A stretch of DNA of 64,000 bases from the human T2T-CHM13v2.0 reference genome, Homo sapiens, in the NCBI RefSeq assembly GCF_009914755.1, contig NC_060946.1. One strand, 5' to 3'. Below, one piece after another: positions 1 to 22,574 of the stretch. The notes beneath the pieces were generated by a model, which had not been told where the DNA came from, did not search any database, and saw only the letters and a program-made list of their open reading frames with translations. A program made the position numbers and the translations under genes. Positions within the stretch are counted from its first letter, which is position 1. Each line of letters opens with the position of its first letter.

Positions 1-308
1 CAGGGCTGCCAGAGGGGTGAAGAAGGAGATCTTTCTGTGGGTGGGTGTCAGAATGACCGGGCCTGACACTGGTCCCTGCTCCCCTGGAAGGACAGCCCCT
101 CTCGGTTATGTGGGGGGTGGGCTGCCTAGGGTGCTCTGGGGAGAAGGGAGGGAGAGAATGGGGCTGGTCGGGTGGGGTGTGGATTCCAGGCCTGCTTGGT
201 CAAAAAGATACAGTATTTCCTATTCCCCCTTACACTGGGCAGGCAGGTGTGGCCCAGGCAGCTCTGCCAGGTGTGCAGCCCCTGGAGAATGACCCTAAAG
301 TGCACCTA

Positions 309-327
309 GGCTGCCCCCTGGCGGCAG
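309..327 (-). promoter_or_regulatory. CTCF motif
   Basis: - strand CTGCCGCCAGGGGGCAGCC, close to the CTCF core CCASYAGRKGGCRS. Confidence 0.6.
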
Positions 328-465
328 CATGAGGTCCTCCTCCCTGGACTTGTAACCCTCCCAGGGGGAGGAGGTCCACACCAGCTGATGGGTTGGCACC
401 TGTCCCCAGTCCCTTTCTTCTTTCCTGTGCCACTGCTCCCAGAGTTGCCCAAAACACACGATCAG

Positions 466-5421
<4,956 letters not shown>

Positions 5422-5519
5422 TTAAACAATTATTCATGAAAGGAAGGAAATTCTGACACATGCTGCAACATGGATGAAGCTCAAGGACATTATGCTAAGG
5501 GAAGGAAGCCAAAGACCTG

Positions 5520-7168
<1,649 letters not shown>

Positions 7169-7169
7169 T

Positions 7170-10103
<2,934 letters not shown>

Positions 10104-10314
10104 TCATGTGGGAGACACTGACTACCCACTCCTAGCAAAGGGCTCAGCAGCACACGGCCTCCCTGCGGGGATGCCCTCGGGGAAGATGTGGCCCAGAGGA
10201 GTTTTTTGGGCCTTGCTCCTCAGTCCTGGCTCTTAGTAGGACCCTCTGCAGCCAAACTAGCATATCCTGAGCCAGGCTGACCTTAAAAAGTAAGCATTCA
10301 GGGCCTAGGGACCT

Positions 10315-10695
10315 TGGGCAAAGCAGAGAAGCTGGTGTCAGATGAGGTGCCGCAGGTACAGTAGGATAAGGTGTTCTCAGGTCCCCAGTGCAGCCCCAAG
10401 ATGAGCCTGCAGTATTTTCCTTACATGATCTGGTCCTACTGTGGGCAGCGCTGCTGCCCAGAGCCTGAGAGGATTATGAAAACATGGCAACGGAAGTGAG
10501 GCCAGGGGACACAGCATGGGGGCATGAGGAGCAGGGGACAGCGGGTGGGGCTAGAGGAGAGGGAGGTTTAGGGAGGCCTCTGCTGCTGTGACTGTGAGCC
10601 CCAGCCAATGATGACGTGGCCACCGCACAATCTGAGTTCTGGGAACCATGTGATGGAATGTGTTCTGGGAATAGACTGCAGCCAGGAAAAAAAAA
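10315..10695 (+). pseudogene. Retrocopy of composite box C/D scaRNA SCARNA17 (mgU12-22/mgU4-8, U91) with A-tail
   Basis: Guide TATTTTCCTTA (10413-10423) is complementary to U12 nt 19-29, followed by D' ATGA, with D box CTGA at 10465-10468. The second domain has box C ATGATGA (10608-10614), a degenerate anti-U4 guide GCCACCGCACAA plus CTGA (10632-10635), and C' GTGATGG. An A-run follows at ~10687-10695. Collinear with the recalled SCARNA17 sequence. Confidence 0.85.
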
Positions 10696-10843
10696 GCAGA
10701 AGGGTGCACCCTCCCTTCCTCAGCCAGGAAAACATTTCTGTAGCCCTTGCGGACCCAGTGCGCAGAAGTGAGAGGGAGGAAAGCCAGGCTCATGTTTCCT
10801 TGGTTGTGCTTCAACTTCTAAAATATGTTTTTTCTATGAACAT

Positions 10844-10849
10844 TTTAAT
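10844..10849 (-). terminator. Candidate RIMBP3C polyadenylation signal ATTAAA
   Basis: First AATAAA/ATTAAA hexamer I find on the - strand downstream of the stop codon (tttaat on +). Confidence 0.5.
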
Positions 10850-10883
10850 GAGGGGTTGGACATAGGACAGAAAAATAACATTC

Positions 10884-11121
10884 TGAGAGCTCGTTTGGAG
10901 GTTCTAGCAGGGGAGCGCAGCTACTCTTATACTCTTGACTGAAGACCGATCGTCCTCTATCGGGGATGGTCATCCTCTTCCATTGAGCACACAGCTTCTG
11001 GAGGGACGCACATGGAGTGGTGAGGGAGGAAGGGGATACCCGCCTAGTCAGCCAGATCAGCCGAATCAACCCTGATGATCAATGGGGTGACACATGTCGC
11101 AGCCAGATCACCCTCACATCC
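10884..11121 (-). pseudogene. 7SK RNA pseudogene (RN7SKP-type), 5' ~238 nt, 3'-truncated, no poly(A)
   Basis: Reverse complement reads GGATGTGAGGGTGATCTGGCTGCGACA...GCTAGAACCTCCAAACGAGCTCTCA, collinear with 7SK. Flanked by direct repeat AAAAATAACA (10871-10880 and 11123-11132). Confidence 0.95.
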
Positions 11122-11533
11122 CAAAAATAACACTCAGATTGCTTTTTCTTTTTTAAGATGTAGACTTTTCTTGAGACTTTCGTACAAGGCAATGGACAGA
11201 TAACCTTAACCTCCCAGAGAAAACACACATTGGCCACAGAAAAAGGCGCTTCTCCGTATACCTGCCATAGTTATCAGCAACTTTGAAATGGCTTCTCAGA
11301 CTCTCAGGGGTTGGCTTGTTGTGTTTGCTTTTGCAAATAACTCAGGCTTAAGTCCTGCTACTTTCAGAGCCTAGGGGACGCTTAAGGACTACCATCAGTT
11401 TAACACAGTGGCACTTGGAGCACATGCTACTTATGGTGGTGAGGAGGGGTGCTGGTGTGAGGGTCTGAACGCTTGCTTCTCCTCTGGCAGGGTGTGAGCA
11501 GCCAGAGGCCACTACCTGGGCAAGGATGCTTGC

Positions 11534-14500
11534 TCAGTGTCCATGGAGGGACATGTGATCCAGCAGGTGGGCAGGAACCAGGCCCCTGTGGCCGCCCAAC
11601 TCTCCATAATAGAATCCTTGGTCATCCATGGGCCCGTAAACCATGACCACGTCTCCTGCCCTCAGCGCCAGCCTGCCCTTCCCCTGGCCCCCCATTTGCC
11701 CATCCCCAGGATCATAGTCCAGAGCTGCTATCATGATCTTTGGAGTCCACAGTGGGAGTCTCTTGGAGTTCCCCTGGAGCACCAGGGAGGAACCCTGGGG
11801 GATGGTGAGCCCCTGAAAGTCCTCGAGGTGGGCCACAGAAGGCAGGTGCCCTTGGGCCGGAGAACGCCACCTCCTATCAGTCTGCTCTGTCCCCACCTCC
11901 ATCTCAGCCACTAGGCACCCAGGGATATTGCCCACTTGCCTGTTGCACTCGCTGAGGTAGAAATCATGGGTGTCCTGAGAGCCCCACACTCTTAGCAACT
12001 GCCTTTTCTGGAAGACCAGCTCCTCCTCTGCAGCCTTGAGGTTGGCAGACATCACCAGGGGGTTGTAATCAGAGAGGGCCACAAAGACCCTGGCTGGAGT
12101 GTTGGCCCCCGTCCCCAGCTGTTGGGGGCCACCCCTGGGCATCTTGATGACTTTGGCGGATGGAGCTGGACACAGTGCCGAGCTGGGCTCATGGAGCTGG
12201 CACCCTCTCTTCACCCCCAGAGCTTGTCCTTGCCTGCTGTGGGGCTCAGGCTCCCTCCTCTCCTCTCGCCTCTCTGTGCCCCGCAGATCCAAGCACAGTG
12301 CCTCCTGCTCCTCCTTCAAAACGTTATGGAAGTCAGATGCATACTGTTGGCTGGCGCCCAGCTGGGGAGGTGTGAACCCTTGGGCATCTTGCTTTTGCCG
12401 AAGTACCCTCTCAAGGGCAGCCTTTTCCTGACACGGTTCTTTCCTGGGCCCACACTCGGTGCGTAGATGGATGAATCCTGGAGCAGGGCTTTTGCTGGTG
12501 CCCATGTGCTGGTAGCAATTTTCCTTCTCCCCAGGCTGGTCACTGACTGAAGGTGGCCTGTGGTTCTGGGGACTCTTCTGAAAGAGCAGGTCCTTTCTAC
12601 AGCCCTCCCAGGCCTCTGCAAGCTCCTGGGCTTGGCTGCCAGCCCCTGAACTCGGACATTCTCCTTCTGAGCCCAGGTTGGACACTGGGGATTGCCTCCT
12701 TGGGGGTTCTTCAAAGAATGCTTCTAGGAACTTGGCCTGGGGCTCCCCGCAGCTTCCAGGGTTGTGGGGGCTGGCCTTGGCACTCGGAGGAGCCAGTGAC
12801 AGCTTCTGGGGGCAGACGGGGAAGGTGACTCTGTAGGTGGATGGGTCGCCACAAGTGTAGCTAAAGGGTGGAGTCTCTGGCCATCGGTGACACATGAAGA
12901 AGTCCTCGGGGATCTGAGCAGGCACTGAATCCAGGGACTCACCACAGAGTGACATGGTTCTCACTGAGACCTTCTGCCACGTGAGGGGCACCTGTAGCTG
13001 GGAGAAATCCAATAGGGTGCTCCCAGCAGTGGCATCGGCGACCTCACAAACCTTAAGCCCATCTGCATACACAGCATAACCGGTGACCTGGACTCCATTG
13101 GAGGACCCAGCTGAGTCAATGGTCACAGGGAGCCAGCTGACCACCAGGACACCTGGCGAGGCATGGCGCTCCACCAGCACATCCAGCGGTGGGTAGGGAG
13201 GTCCTGCCAAGAGTGTGTCGAAGGTGACGGTGGAGGACATAGTTCCCCAATACACCTGCAGCAAGTCCCGTGGCAGCCGCACCTCCACCCGCGCCCGGTA
13301 GTGCGTGCCGGGGCACAGGCCCTGGAAGGTGTAGCAGCTCACGCCCGCTGGGGTCAGGGCATGCTCTCGGTCATCAAGATATACCACATGGGGGTGGCGG
13401 TGGCTGCTGTAGACCCAGGTGATGTTGGCTGATGTGGCTGTGACATTCTGCAGGTGTAGCTGCATGGGAGCCATACGGAGCACCGCTTTGGTCCCCAGAA
13501 GGGGTCTGGAGAGGCCCTGCTTCCCCATGCTCTGCAGCAAGCCCAGCTGGCAGGCTTCCGTCTTGGTATCCAGGATCTCTGTTGCTACTTCTGTCTTGGA
13601 GCCCACCCTGACCATCTGGCACAGCCCTCTGTCCACCACTCCCTGGGCTTTCCCAGATAATAAGCTGTCTTCCTCCAGAGCTTCATCCTGCCCCGCTGGG
13701 AGTTGACTGGGGCCAAGATCAGGGGATTTGGCAGGCAGGCAGCCTGGGATGTAGCTGTCCGGAATCTGCTCCACGAAGTTGGAGGGCACCAGCCCCCGCC
13801 GGCCATCCTCAAGCTCCCCCTCATAGAAGCCATCCTCATCCATGTCCCCGAAGATATATATGTAGTCCCCAGCTGTGAGGGGCAGCTCACCCTCAGGGTG
13901 ATCATTGGGCCCCTCAAATGGGTTGTAGTTATACTGAGCCATGAAGATCTTGAGCTTGGGGGCAGCAGGAGCCGCCGAGCCCCCCATTTCCAGGGCCAGG
14001 GACACGCTGTCAGGCTCCAGGTCATCCACCTCACTGGCTGTGTCCCTGTCCAGAGTAGGGGAGGACGGCACGGTGGCCCACATCGACCCCTCAGAGGAGG
14101 AGTTTGACTGGGAGCTGGTTTTCTTGGACAGAGGTTGGCTGGCAGGGACTGTCTCTGAAACTTGGGGGACACTGGCTGACTCCCCAAGGGCAACTGGGCT
14201 CTCCTCGAGGGAGGCTTCCCTTTTCTCCTGTATGTCTCTGTTGGGCTGTGACACTGCGTAGTCTTCAGGCCGTGCGTGGAACTTGGGCCTTCTGCTACCT
14301 TTAACTTGGGACTCCGGCATTTGACTGGTCTCCCAGGGCTGTTCAGGAGGGTGACCAGGCCGACACTGGAGCGCCTGTATCTCCTTCCAGGAAGGATGGA
14401 GGTCACACAGGGCCTTCTGCGGGTCGCGTTGCAGCTGCTGCTGCCTGTCCTGCCCGCGCGCCGCCTGCTGCAGCAGCTGTTCGGCGATCAAGCCGGAGGC

Positions 14501-16450
14501 ATCGCGCTCTTGACACGCGCGGCCCAGGTGGCCGCGCACTTCGCTATTCTCAGCCTCCACCTTCCGCACCCAGTCGGTCTTGGCCTGCAGCCGCCCATTC
14601 TCCTCCGCCAGCCAGGCGTTTTTGAGCAGCGCCGCCTGCAGCTGTGTCTCGGCCTCCTCGCCACGTCGCCGCGCCGGGGCCGCCTGCGCGCCCAGCTCCT
14701 GGCACTCGCGCCGCCGCTGGTCCAGCTCGCGCTCCAGCGCCAGCATCTGCCGTCGCACCTCCTCGCAGGTTGCGCTCTGGCCGCCCGCCTCGGGCCAAGC
14801 GCCACCGTTGCCCTGCTGAAGCATCAACTGCCTCTGCAGGCGCAGCACTTCCCGCTGGGACTCGCGCTGCAGGCGGTCTAAGTCTCTGACGTTGAGCCAC
14901 TGGGTGCAGGGGCCGCCCCTTCCAGTATGCAGGTCGCTGCAGGGACCCGAGGCGACACGCGCCTGCAGGAGGTGGCACTCCTGCCGCAGCTCTTCGATCT
15001 GCTTGTCCTTGGCCAGCGGCGCGCTCGCCTGCTCCGACAGGTCCCGAGCGCGCTGGCGGGCAAAGACTTGGCACAGCTCCAGGCCGGCGCAACTCTCGCC
15101 GGGTATAGGCGCGCTCACGGCCCGGAGGTTGGTCTCCTGCAGCTCGCGGGCGCGGTCAGCTAGGCGCCGCGCGAGCCCGGTCAGCTCCGCGCGCTTTACC
15201 TTGAGCCGCTTCACCTTCTCGTCTGCCTGGTAGGGGCAGCCTGCACGCCGCAGCTGCTTGTTCTCTTGCAGGGTATAACAGCGGCGCGCCAGCACCCACA
15301 ACGCCTTGGCCAGCAGCCAGTTCAGCTTTATCAGCTCGTGGTGGCCCAGGCCCGGGGGTGAGGGAGTCAGGACTTCGCAGGGCTGGCTCTCAGAGCCTTC
15401 TCCTCCCCGCGGGTTGCTGAGTTTCCTGTGGGCTGACGGTGGTGGTGGCGGCGGGAGTGGCGATGGTGGCGGCGAGAGCCTCCGGGAGCCAGGGGTGGAG
15501 GTGTCTGGTGAGGAGGGCCGCTCCTCGGATTTGGAGGCCTTGGGGAGGCTCCGGGTGCTGTCAAGCGAGCGGGAACACGCAGGTGCGAAGCAATCAAGGG
15601 AGCTGGCGTGCGTGGAGAGCAGGCCGTCTGGGGAGCTGGAGCACGCAGAGGACACCAGGCCTAGCGAGCGGGAGCGCACACCGACTTCAGCACTCAGGCT
15701 GTCTAGAGATCCGAGTTGGCAGGCGGGTTTGGGGGCGTGGCAAGAGCCGCTGGAGGTCTGGGGCAGCGGTTCTTCCAAGGAATGCACAGCTTGGGGGTCC
15801 GGTGATCCCGACAAAGCCGGGTGCCCGCGGAAGTGCGCCAGGATGTACTTGAGGAAGAGCTGGCGCTCCACCTCCAGCGCCGCCTGCAGATAGCGGATGC
15901 GCGCCGCCTGCTCGCCGTCAGTCTGCCAGCGAAGCTGCGCCAACACTTCCTGCAGGCGACAGCGGCACTGCGCCGCGGAAACCTCGGACGCCCCCGGGCG
16001 GCTACAGTGGCCGCGGTTCACCAGCTCCTCGGCCAGCTGGCGCTGCAGCTCCCGGGCTTGGCGCACCACGCCATCGCGCTCCCGGTGCAGCAGCTGCTGC
16101 AGCTGCCGCTGCTCGGCCTCCTTCCAGCGCAGCAGCTGCCGGATCTCGGCCTCGCGTTCCCGCTGCATCTCCTCTTGCAGCTGCCGCAACTCCCGGCTGC
16201 GCTGTGCCTCCCACTTGGAGCGCAGACGGTCAGCCAGCTGCCGCCGCTCCCGCTCGGCCTCCTCACGCAGCTGGCGCTCCCGGGCAGCGAAGCGCCGCCG
16301 TTCCGCCCGCCAGCCTGCCCGCTCCGCCTCCAGCTCCGCCCGTAGCTTCTCCAGCTCCCGCCTCTGGTTCTCCAGCACTGCCGCCGCCGGGCTGGAGCAG
16401 CCCGGCTTCTTGGGCGACGCGCCCAAGGGGCTGGGCGAGTCCTTGGCCAT
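11534..16450 (-). CDS. RIMBP3C: RIMS-binding protein 3 family, single-exon CDS, 1638 aa (N-terminal coiled coils, SH3, 2x FN3, 2x SH3); copy next to UBE2L3
   Basis: Uninterrupted ORF. First in-frame ATG is at 16450 ([10 protein letters not shown]...), ending ...[10 protein letters not shown]3 signatures: AQYNYNPF...[11 protein letters not shown] (~13760-13950), ALSDYNP (~11890-12090), AALDYDP...GLVPAHLL (~11555-11740). FN3 repeats at ~12915-13470. The 'C' paralog is assigned from adjacency to UBE2L3. Confidence 0.93.
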   Translation of the reverse strand: MAKDSPSPLGASPKKPGCSSPAAAVLENQRRELEKLRAELEAERAGWRAERRRFAARERQLREEAERERRQLADRLRSKWEAQRSRELRQLQEEMQREREAEIRQLLRWKEAEQRQLQQLLHRERDGVVRQARELQRQLAEELVNRGHCSRPGASEVSAAQCRCRLQEVLAQLRWQTDGEQAARIRYLQAALEVERQLFLKYILAHFRGHPALSGSPDPQAVHSLEEPLPQTSSGSCHAPKPACQLGSLDSLSAEVGVRSRSLGLVSSACSSSPDGLLSTHASSLDCFAPACSRSLDSTRSLPKASKSEERPSSPDTSTPGSRRLSPPPSPLPPPPPPSAHRKLSNPRGGEGSESQPCEVLTPSPPGLGHHELIKLNWLLAKALWVLARRCYTLQENKQLRRAGCPYQADEKVKRLKVKRAELTGLARRLADRARELQETNLRAVSAPIPGESCAGLELCQVFARQRARDLSEQASAPLAKDKQIEELRQECHLLQARVASGPCSDLHTGRGGPCTQWLNVRDLDRLQRESQREVLRLQRQLMLQQGNGGAWPEAGGQSATCEEVRRQMLALERELDQRRRECQELGAQAAPARRRGEEAETQLQAALLKNAWLAEENGRLQAKTDWVRKVEAENSEVRGHLGRACQERDASGLIAEQLLQQAARGQDRQQQLQRDPQKALCDLHPSWKEIQALQCRPGHPPEQPWETSQMPESQVKGSRRPKFHARPEDYAVSQPNRDIQEKREASLEESPVALGESASVPQVSETVPASQPLSKKTSSQSNSSSEGSMWATVPSSPTLDRDTASEVDDLEPDSVSLALEMGGSAAPAAPKLKIFMAQYNYNPFEGPNDHPEGELPLTAGDYIYIFGDMDEDGFYEGELEDGRRGLVPSNFVEQIPDSYIPGCLPAKSPDLGPSQLPAGQDEALEEDSLLSGKAQGVVDRGLCQMVRVGSKTEVATEILDTKTEACQLGLLQSMGKQGLSRPLLGTKAVLRMAPMQLHLQNVTATSANITWVYSSHRHPHVVYLDDREHALTPAGVSCYTFQGLCPGTHYRARVEVRLPRDLLQVYWGTMSSTVTFDTLLAGPPYPPLDVLVERHASPGVLVVSWLPVTIDSAGSSNGVQVTGYAVYADGLKVCEVADATAGSTLLDFSQLQVPLTWQKVSVRTMSLCGESLDSVPAQIPEDFFMCHRWPETPPFSYTCGDPSTYRVTFPVCPQKLSLAPPSAKASPHNPGSCGEPQAKFLEAFFEEPPRRQSPVSNLGSEGECPSSGAGSQAQELAEAWEGCRKDLLFQKSPQNHRPPSVSDQPGEKENCYQHMGTSKSPAPGFIHLRTECGPRKEPCQEKAALERVLRQKQDAQGFTPPQLGASQQYASDFHNVLKEEQEALCLDLRGTERREERREPEPHSRQGQALGVKRGCQLHEPSSALCPAPSAKVIKMPRGGPQQLGTGANTPARVFVALSDYNPLVMSANLKAAEEELVFQKRQLLRVWGSQDTHDFYLSECNRQVGNIPGCLVAEMEVGTEQTDRRWRSPAQGHLPSVAHLEDFQGLTIPQGSSLVLQGNSKRLPLWTPKIMIAALDYDPGDGQMGGQGKGRLALRAGDVVMVYGPMDDQGFYYGELGGHRGLVPAHLLDHMSLHGH

Positions 16451-16650
16451 TGCGGCCGCGGCCCGGCTGGTCTCCAGACTTCGCCTGGCAGGCCTCAGCT
16501 CGCCAACGGCCGCCGCCGACCGCCCGGCGCGCCCCTTCCGGCGCCCCCTGGGGGTCTCCGCGTGCCCCTTCCGCCTCTTGGCATGTTCCCCCGCCTCCTG
16601 CCGCGGATGTCTGGCCCAGGCGCCTCTCCACCTGGCAAGGCCAGGGCTGG
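14400..16650. promoter_or_regulatory. CpG island over the 5' half of RIMBP3C, also hosting the antisense UBE2L3 upstream exon
   Basis: Very high GC and CpG density compared with the flanks. Confidence 0.8.
14927..15127 (+). CDS. UBE2L3: Alternative upstream first coding exon of UBE2L3 (67 aa, [10 protein letters not shown]...RRAHGPE), antisense within RIMBP3C
   Basis: ATG at 14927 with A at -3. 67 codons end at donor GAG|GTTGGT (GT 15128-15129), phase 0, compatible with exon 2 at 58342. Matches my recollection of the long 212-aa UBE2L3 isoform (67+145). Confidence 0.75.
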
Positions 16651-17324
16651 ACTCCCACACCCCTGCTCAAACTGGCCCATGTCCCTTCCAGGATGCACGG
16701 GGGCTTTTCCGGTCCCTACACTTTTCCTGCTTCTAGCACCAAGTCCCTTGTGACCCTCCCTAGGCACCCTCCCAGGCACTGTGCAGTCCCAAGCAGGCCG
16801 CGGTGCCCCGAGGGAAGTCTGGGCTGCTGCTCCTGTACTTGGAGAAAGGGGCAGGGTGTGTGTGTTAAGGCCACCCATGGGGTGTGGGCATACCTGGTCG
16901 TGGGTTCAGGTGGTGTATTTGGGTCAGGTGGCTGGAAAATGCAGCAGGATAGGCCTCAACTTGGCTAGACCTGGACTCCCCAGGACCCTTCAGCCCCCTA
17001 ACAGCCCTGATCACCCAACTGGTCATCCACCTTTTGAGGAAAGGATGTGCCTGATACACATTTGTGTTACTGCGCAGAGTCGGCTCAGAGGAGGTGTAAG
17101 CGAAAAGACCCTCCCCAGCAAGGTGGCATAGGGACCCAGGGCCAGATAGGCATGGGGGCACTGCCCAAACTGGCCATCTGGCCTGTCTACCTCCCACATC
17201 CAGGTACCACCTGGTGACAAACACTGGAGCCCCAGTGTCTGGGCTACTCATTGGCATCTTAGGTAGAGGCCTCAGGATGGGCCAGGAGTGAGGGTGAGGC
17301 TTCAGCAGAAATGTTGGAGGCATC

Positions 17325-17338
17325 CTGAGCTGCAGAAG

Positions 17339-17380
<42 letters not shown>

Positions 17381-17480
17381 CTGCAGAAGAAACATACACA
17401 CACACACATACTGAGCTGAAGGAATACACACATACACTGAGCTGCAGAAGAAACATACATACACACACTGAACTGAAGAA

Positions 17481-17522
<42 letters not shown>
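17325..17522. repeat. Compound (CA)n minisatellite: ~5 units of CTGAGCTGCAGAAGAAA + (CA)n
   Basis: Seen directly, about 0.9 kb upstream of the RIMBP3C ATG. Confidence 0.9.
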
Positions 17523-17525
<3 letters not shown>

Positions 17526-17652
17526 CTCTCTGACTGGTGGCCACCTGTGTGGCTTGGGAGCTAAGAAGCCCTGCTTCAGTCTGGCTCCTCTTTGCCCTTC
17601 CTGTCTGCTCCTGGTGCCAAGTGGCTTTTTGGAGACATGGATGGACACCTGA

Positions 17653-17853
<201 letters not shown>

Positions 17854-18155
17854 TAGTAGAGACAGGGTTTCAGTATGTTGGCCAGGATGGTCTTGAACTT
17901 CTGACCTCAAGTGATCCACCCGCCTCGGCCTCTTAAAGTGCTGCGATTACAGGCATGAGCCACTGTGCCCGACAAGACCTTGATATTGAAGTCACATCAG
18001 AGGCCCCTTTGCTTCTTGGTCTGTCGTGTCTCCCTGTCCCCAGGAAGCACCTGGGACCTCTCACAACTGCTGTGTTCACTCAGCTTATGGCCCTCCTTTA
18101 CAACACTCAAGTTTTTCAAATCAGTTTCCCCGGAACCCACAGAACATGCCTTTAG

Positions 18156-18443
<288 letters not shown>

Positions 18444-18490
18444 TGATCTGCCCGCCTCGGCCTCACAAAGTGCTGGGATTACAGGCGTGA

Positions 18491-18646
<156 letters not shown>

Positions 18647-19637
18647 TGAGTAGCTGGGATTACAGGCATGCGCCACCACGCCCAGCTAATTTTTGTATTT
18701 TTAATAGAGACAGGGTTTCATCATGTTGGCCAGGATGATTTCGATCTCCTGACCTTGTGATCCGCCCACTTTGGCCTCCCAAAATGGTGGGATTACAGGC
18801 GTGAGCCACCGTGCCCAGCCCAGATGTTCTTTATGAGAGGTGAGGCAGATGTAGTGTGTATGTGAGAGGAAGGGGAGGTGAGATGCAGGGATGGCCTTAG
18901 CCTTGAACTGGTGCTGGGCTCCTGGACATGGTAGCCACAGGGAGGACTATCTTGAGAGAATCTTCATCACAGCCTTGTTTTACGGAAGAGAACCTGAGGC
19001 TCAGTGAGAGCCACTGGCTTGCCAGGGCACATGGGCAACTGAGGCAGAGCTGGTGGGTGGGGTTTCACAGCCTGGATGCCCTGCTGCAGTCTCCAGTAGG
19101 GCCTCAACTGTCAGGTCAGGAGGGCAGGCTGGGCCGGGCATGGTGGCACAGACCTGTAATCCCAGCCCTTTGGGTGACCAGGGTGGGAGGATCACTTGAG
19201 CCCAGGAACTCAAGACCTGCCTGAGCATCATAGAGAGACCCTGTCTCTACAAAAAAAATTTTAGCTGGGCGTGCTGGTGCATGCCTGTAGTGCCAGCTAC
19301 CCAGGAGGCTGAGATGGGAGGGTCACTTAAGCCCGGGAGTTTGAGACTAGCCTGGGCAACAGAGTGAGCGAGACCCAGTCTGCATTTCCAGCTGAGATGA
19401 AATGATTGCTTGAGCCTGCAAGGTGAGGTCAAAGTCGCAATGAGCTGTGATGGCACCACTGCACTCCAGCCTGGGCAACAGAGCAAGACTGTCTCAAAAA
19501 AAAAAAAAAAAAAAAAAAAGCCTGGTGCGGTGGCTCACTCCTGTAATCCCAGCACTTTGGGAGGCCAAGGCAGGCGTATCACGAGGTCAGGAGATAGAGT
19601 CCATCCTGGCTAACATGGTGAAACCCCGTCTCTACTA

Positions 19638-19817
<180 letters not shown>

Positions 19818-20123
19818 TTAAAATTAAAATTAAAAAAAGAGAGTAGGCTGTCACCAAGAAAAAGGACACTGGGGTGGATGGGTCTCTGGGAACCCCACAG
19901 TTACCATCCAGCAGCTGCCCCAAAGTATGTCAAAAGCATTCGGGAATGTTGGTTGAGTGGATGAGCAAAGCCAGGCTTCCCCAGGGCTGGGTTTCTGCCA
20001 TCCCTGTTCTCATCATGTTGTGCAGTGATTGTCCAGTGACCTGCCTGTCACCCCCATCAACTCTGATCTTGGGGAGAGCAGAAGCCATGTTTTCCCTTGT
20101 CCCTATTGCATCCCTGCATGTGA

Positions 20124-20411
<288 letters not shown>

Positions 20412-20414
20412 TAG

Positions 20415-20606
<192 letters not shown>

Positions 20607-20613
20607 TAGAACT

Positions 20614-20815
20614 GCTGGGCACACACCTATACTCCCAGCTACTTGGGAGGCTGAGGCAGGAGGCTTGCTTGGATCCAGGACTTCTGGATTGTAATGTACT
20701 ATACTGATGGGGTGTCTGCACTAAATTTGGCATAAATTGGTGACTTCCTGGGAGCAGGAAACCACCAGCTTGTCTAAGGAGAGGTGAACTGGCCCAGGTT
20801 AGAAAAGGAGCAGGT
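20614..20815 (+). pseudogene. 7SL (SRP RNA) pseudogene fragment including the S domain
   Basis: Alu-domain 5' end followed by sequence absent from Alus: GGGGTGTCTGCACTAAATTTGGCAT...ACCACCAGCTTGTCTAAGGAGAGGTGAACTGGCCCAGGTTAGAAAAGGAGCAGGT. Cut off by an Alu at 20817. Confidence 0.88.
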
Positions 20816-20952
20816 TGGCCGGGCTCGGTGGCTCATGTCTGTAATCCCAGCACTTTGGGGGGCCAAGGCGGGCAGGTCACCTGAGGTCAGGAGTTCGGGA
20901 CCCGCCTGGCTAACATGGTGAAAACCCGTCTCTACTAAAAATGCAAAAATTA

Positions 20953-21163
<211 letters not shown>

Positions 21164-21166
21164 TTA

Positions 21167-21589
<423 letters not shown>

Positions 21590-21899
21590 CTAGAGACTTG
21601 GGAGGCTGAGGTGGGAAGATTGCTTGAGCCTGGGACGTCAAGACTGAAATGAGCCATGAGTGAGTCACCGCACTCCTGCCTGGGAGACATAGTGACACCC
21701 TGTTTCTAAAACAAACAAAAAAAGGCCAGGCATAGTGGCGTGTGCCTGTAGCCCCAGCTACTTAGGAGGCTGAAGTGGGAGAATAGTTTGAGCCCAAGAA
21801 TTCAAAGCTGCAGTGAGCAATGATCATGCCACTGCACTCCAGCCTGGGCTACAAAGAGACTCCATCTCTAAAAAAAAAGTAAAATAAAATAAATTTTAA

Positions 21900-22574
<675 letters not shown>

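Noticed and set aside
16451-16660. 1708-aa ORF start (MWESSPG...) as the true RIMBP3C start
   Set aside because: It begins at GTG; the first in-frame ATG in good context is 16450. Kept only as a speculative extension.
11537-16968. Other long overlapping ORFs in RIMBP3C (e.g. 15897-16736 +, 16204-16968 +, 13585-14406 -, 14276-14881 +)
   Set aside because: Expected from stop-codon scarcity in a GC-rich CDS; mostly non-ATG starts, no recognisable domains and no splice link.
21650-21710. Possible displaced 3' end of the 7SL pseudogene
   Set aside because: Explained equally well as the right arm of the AluJ it is contiguous with.
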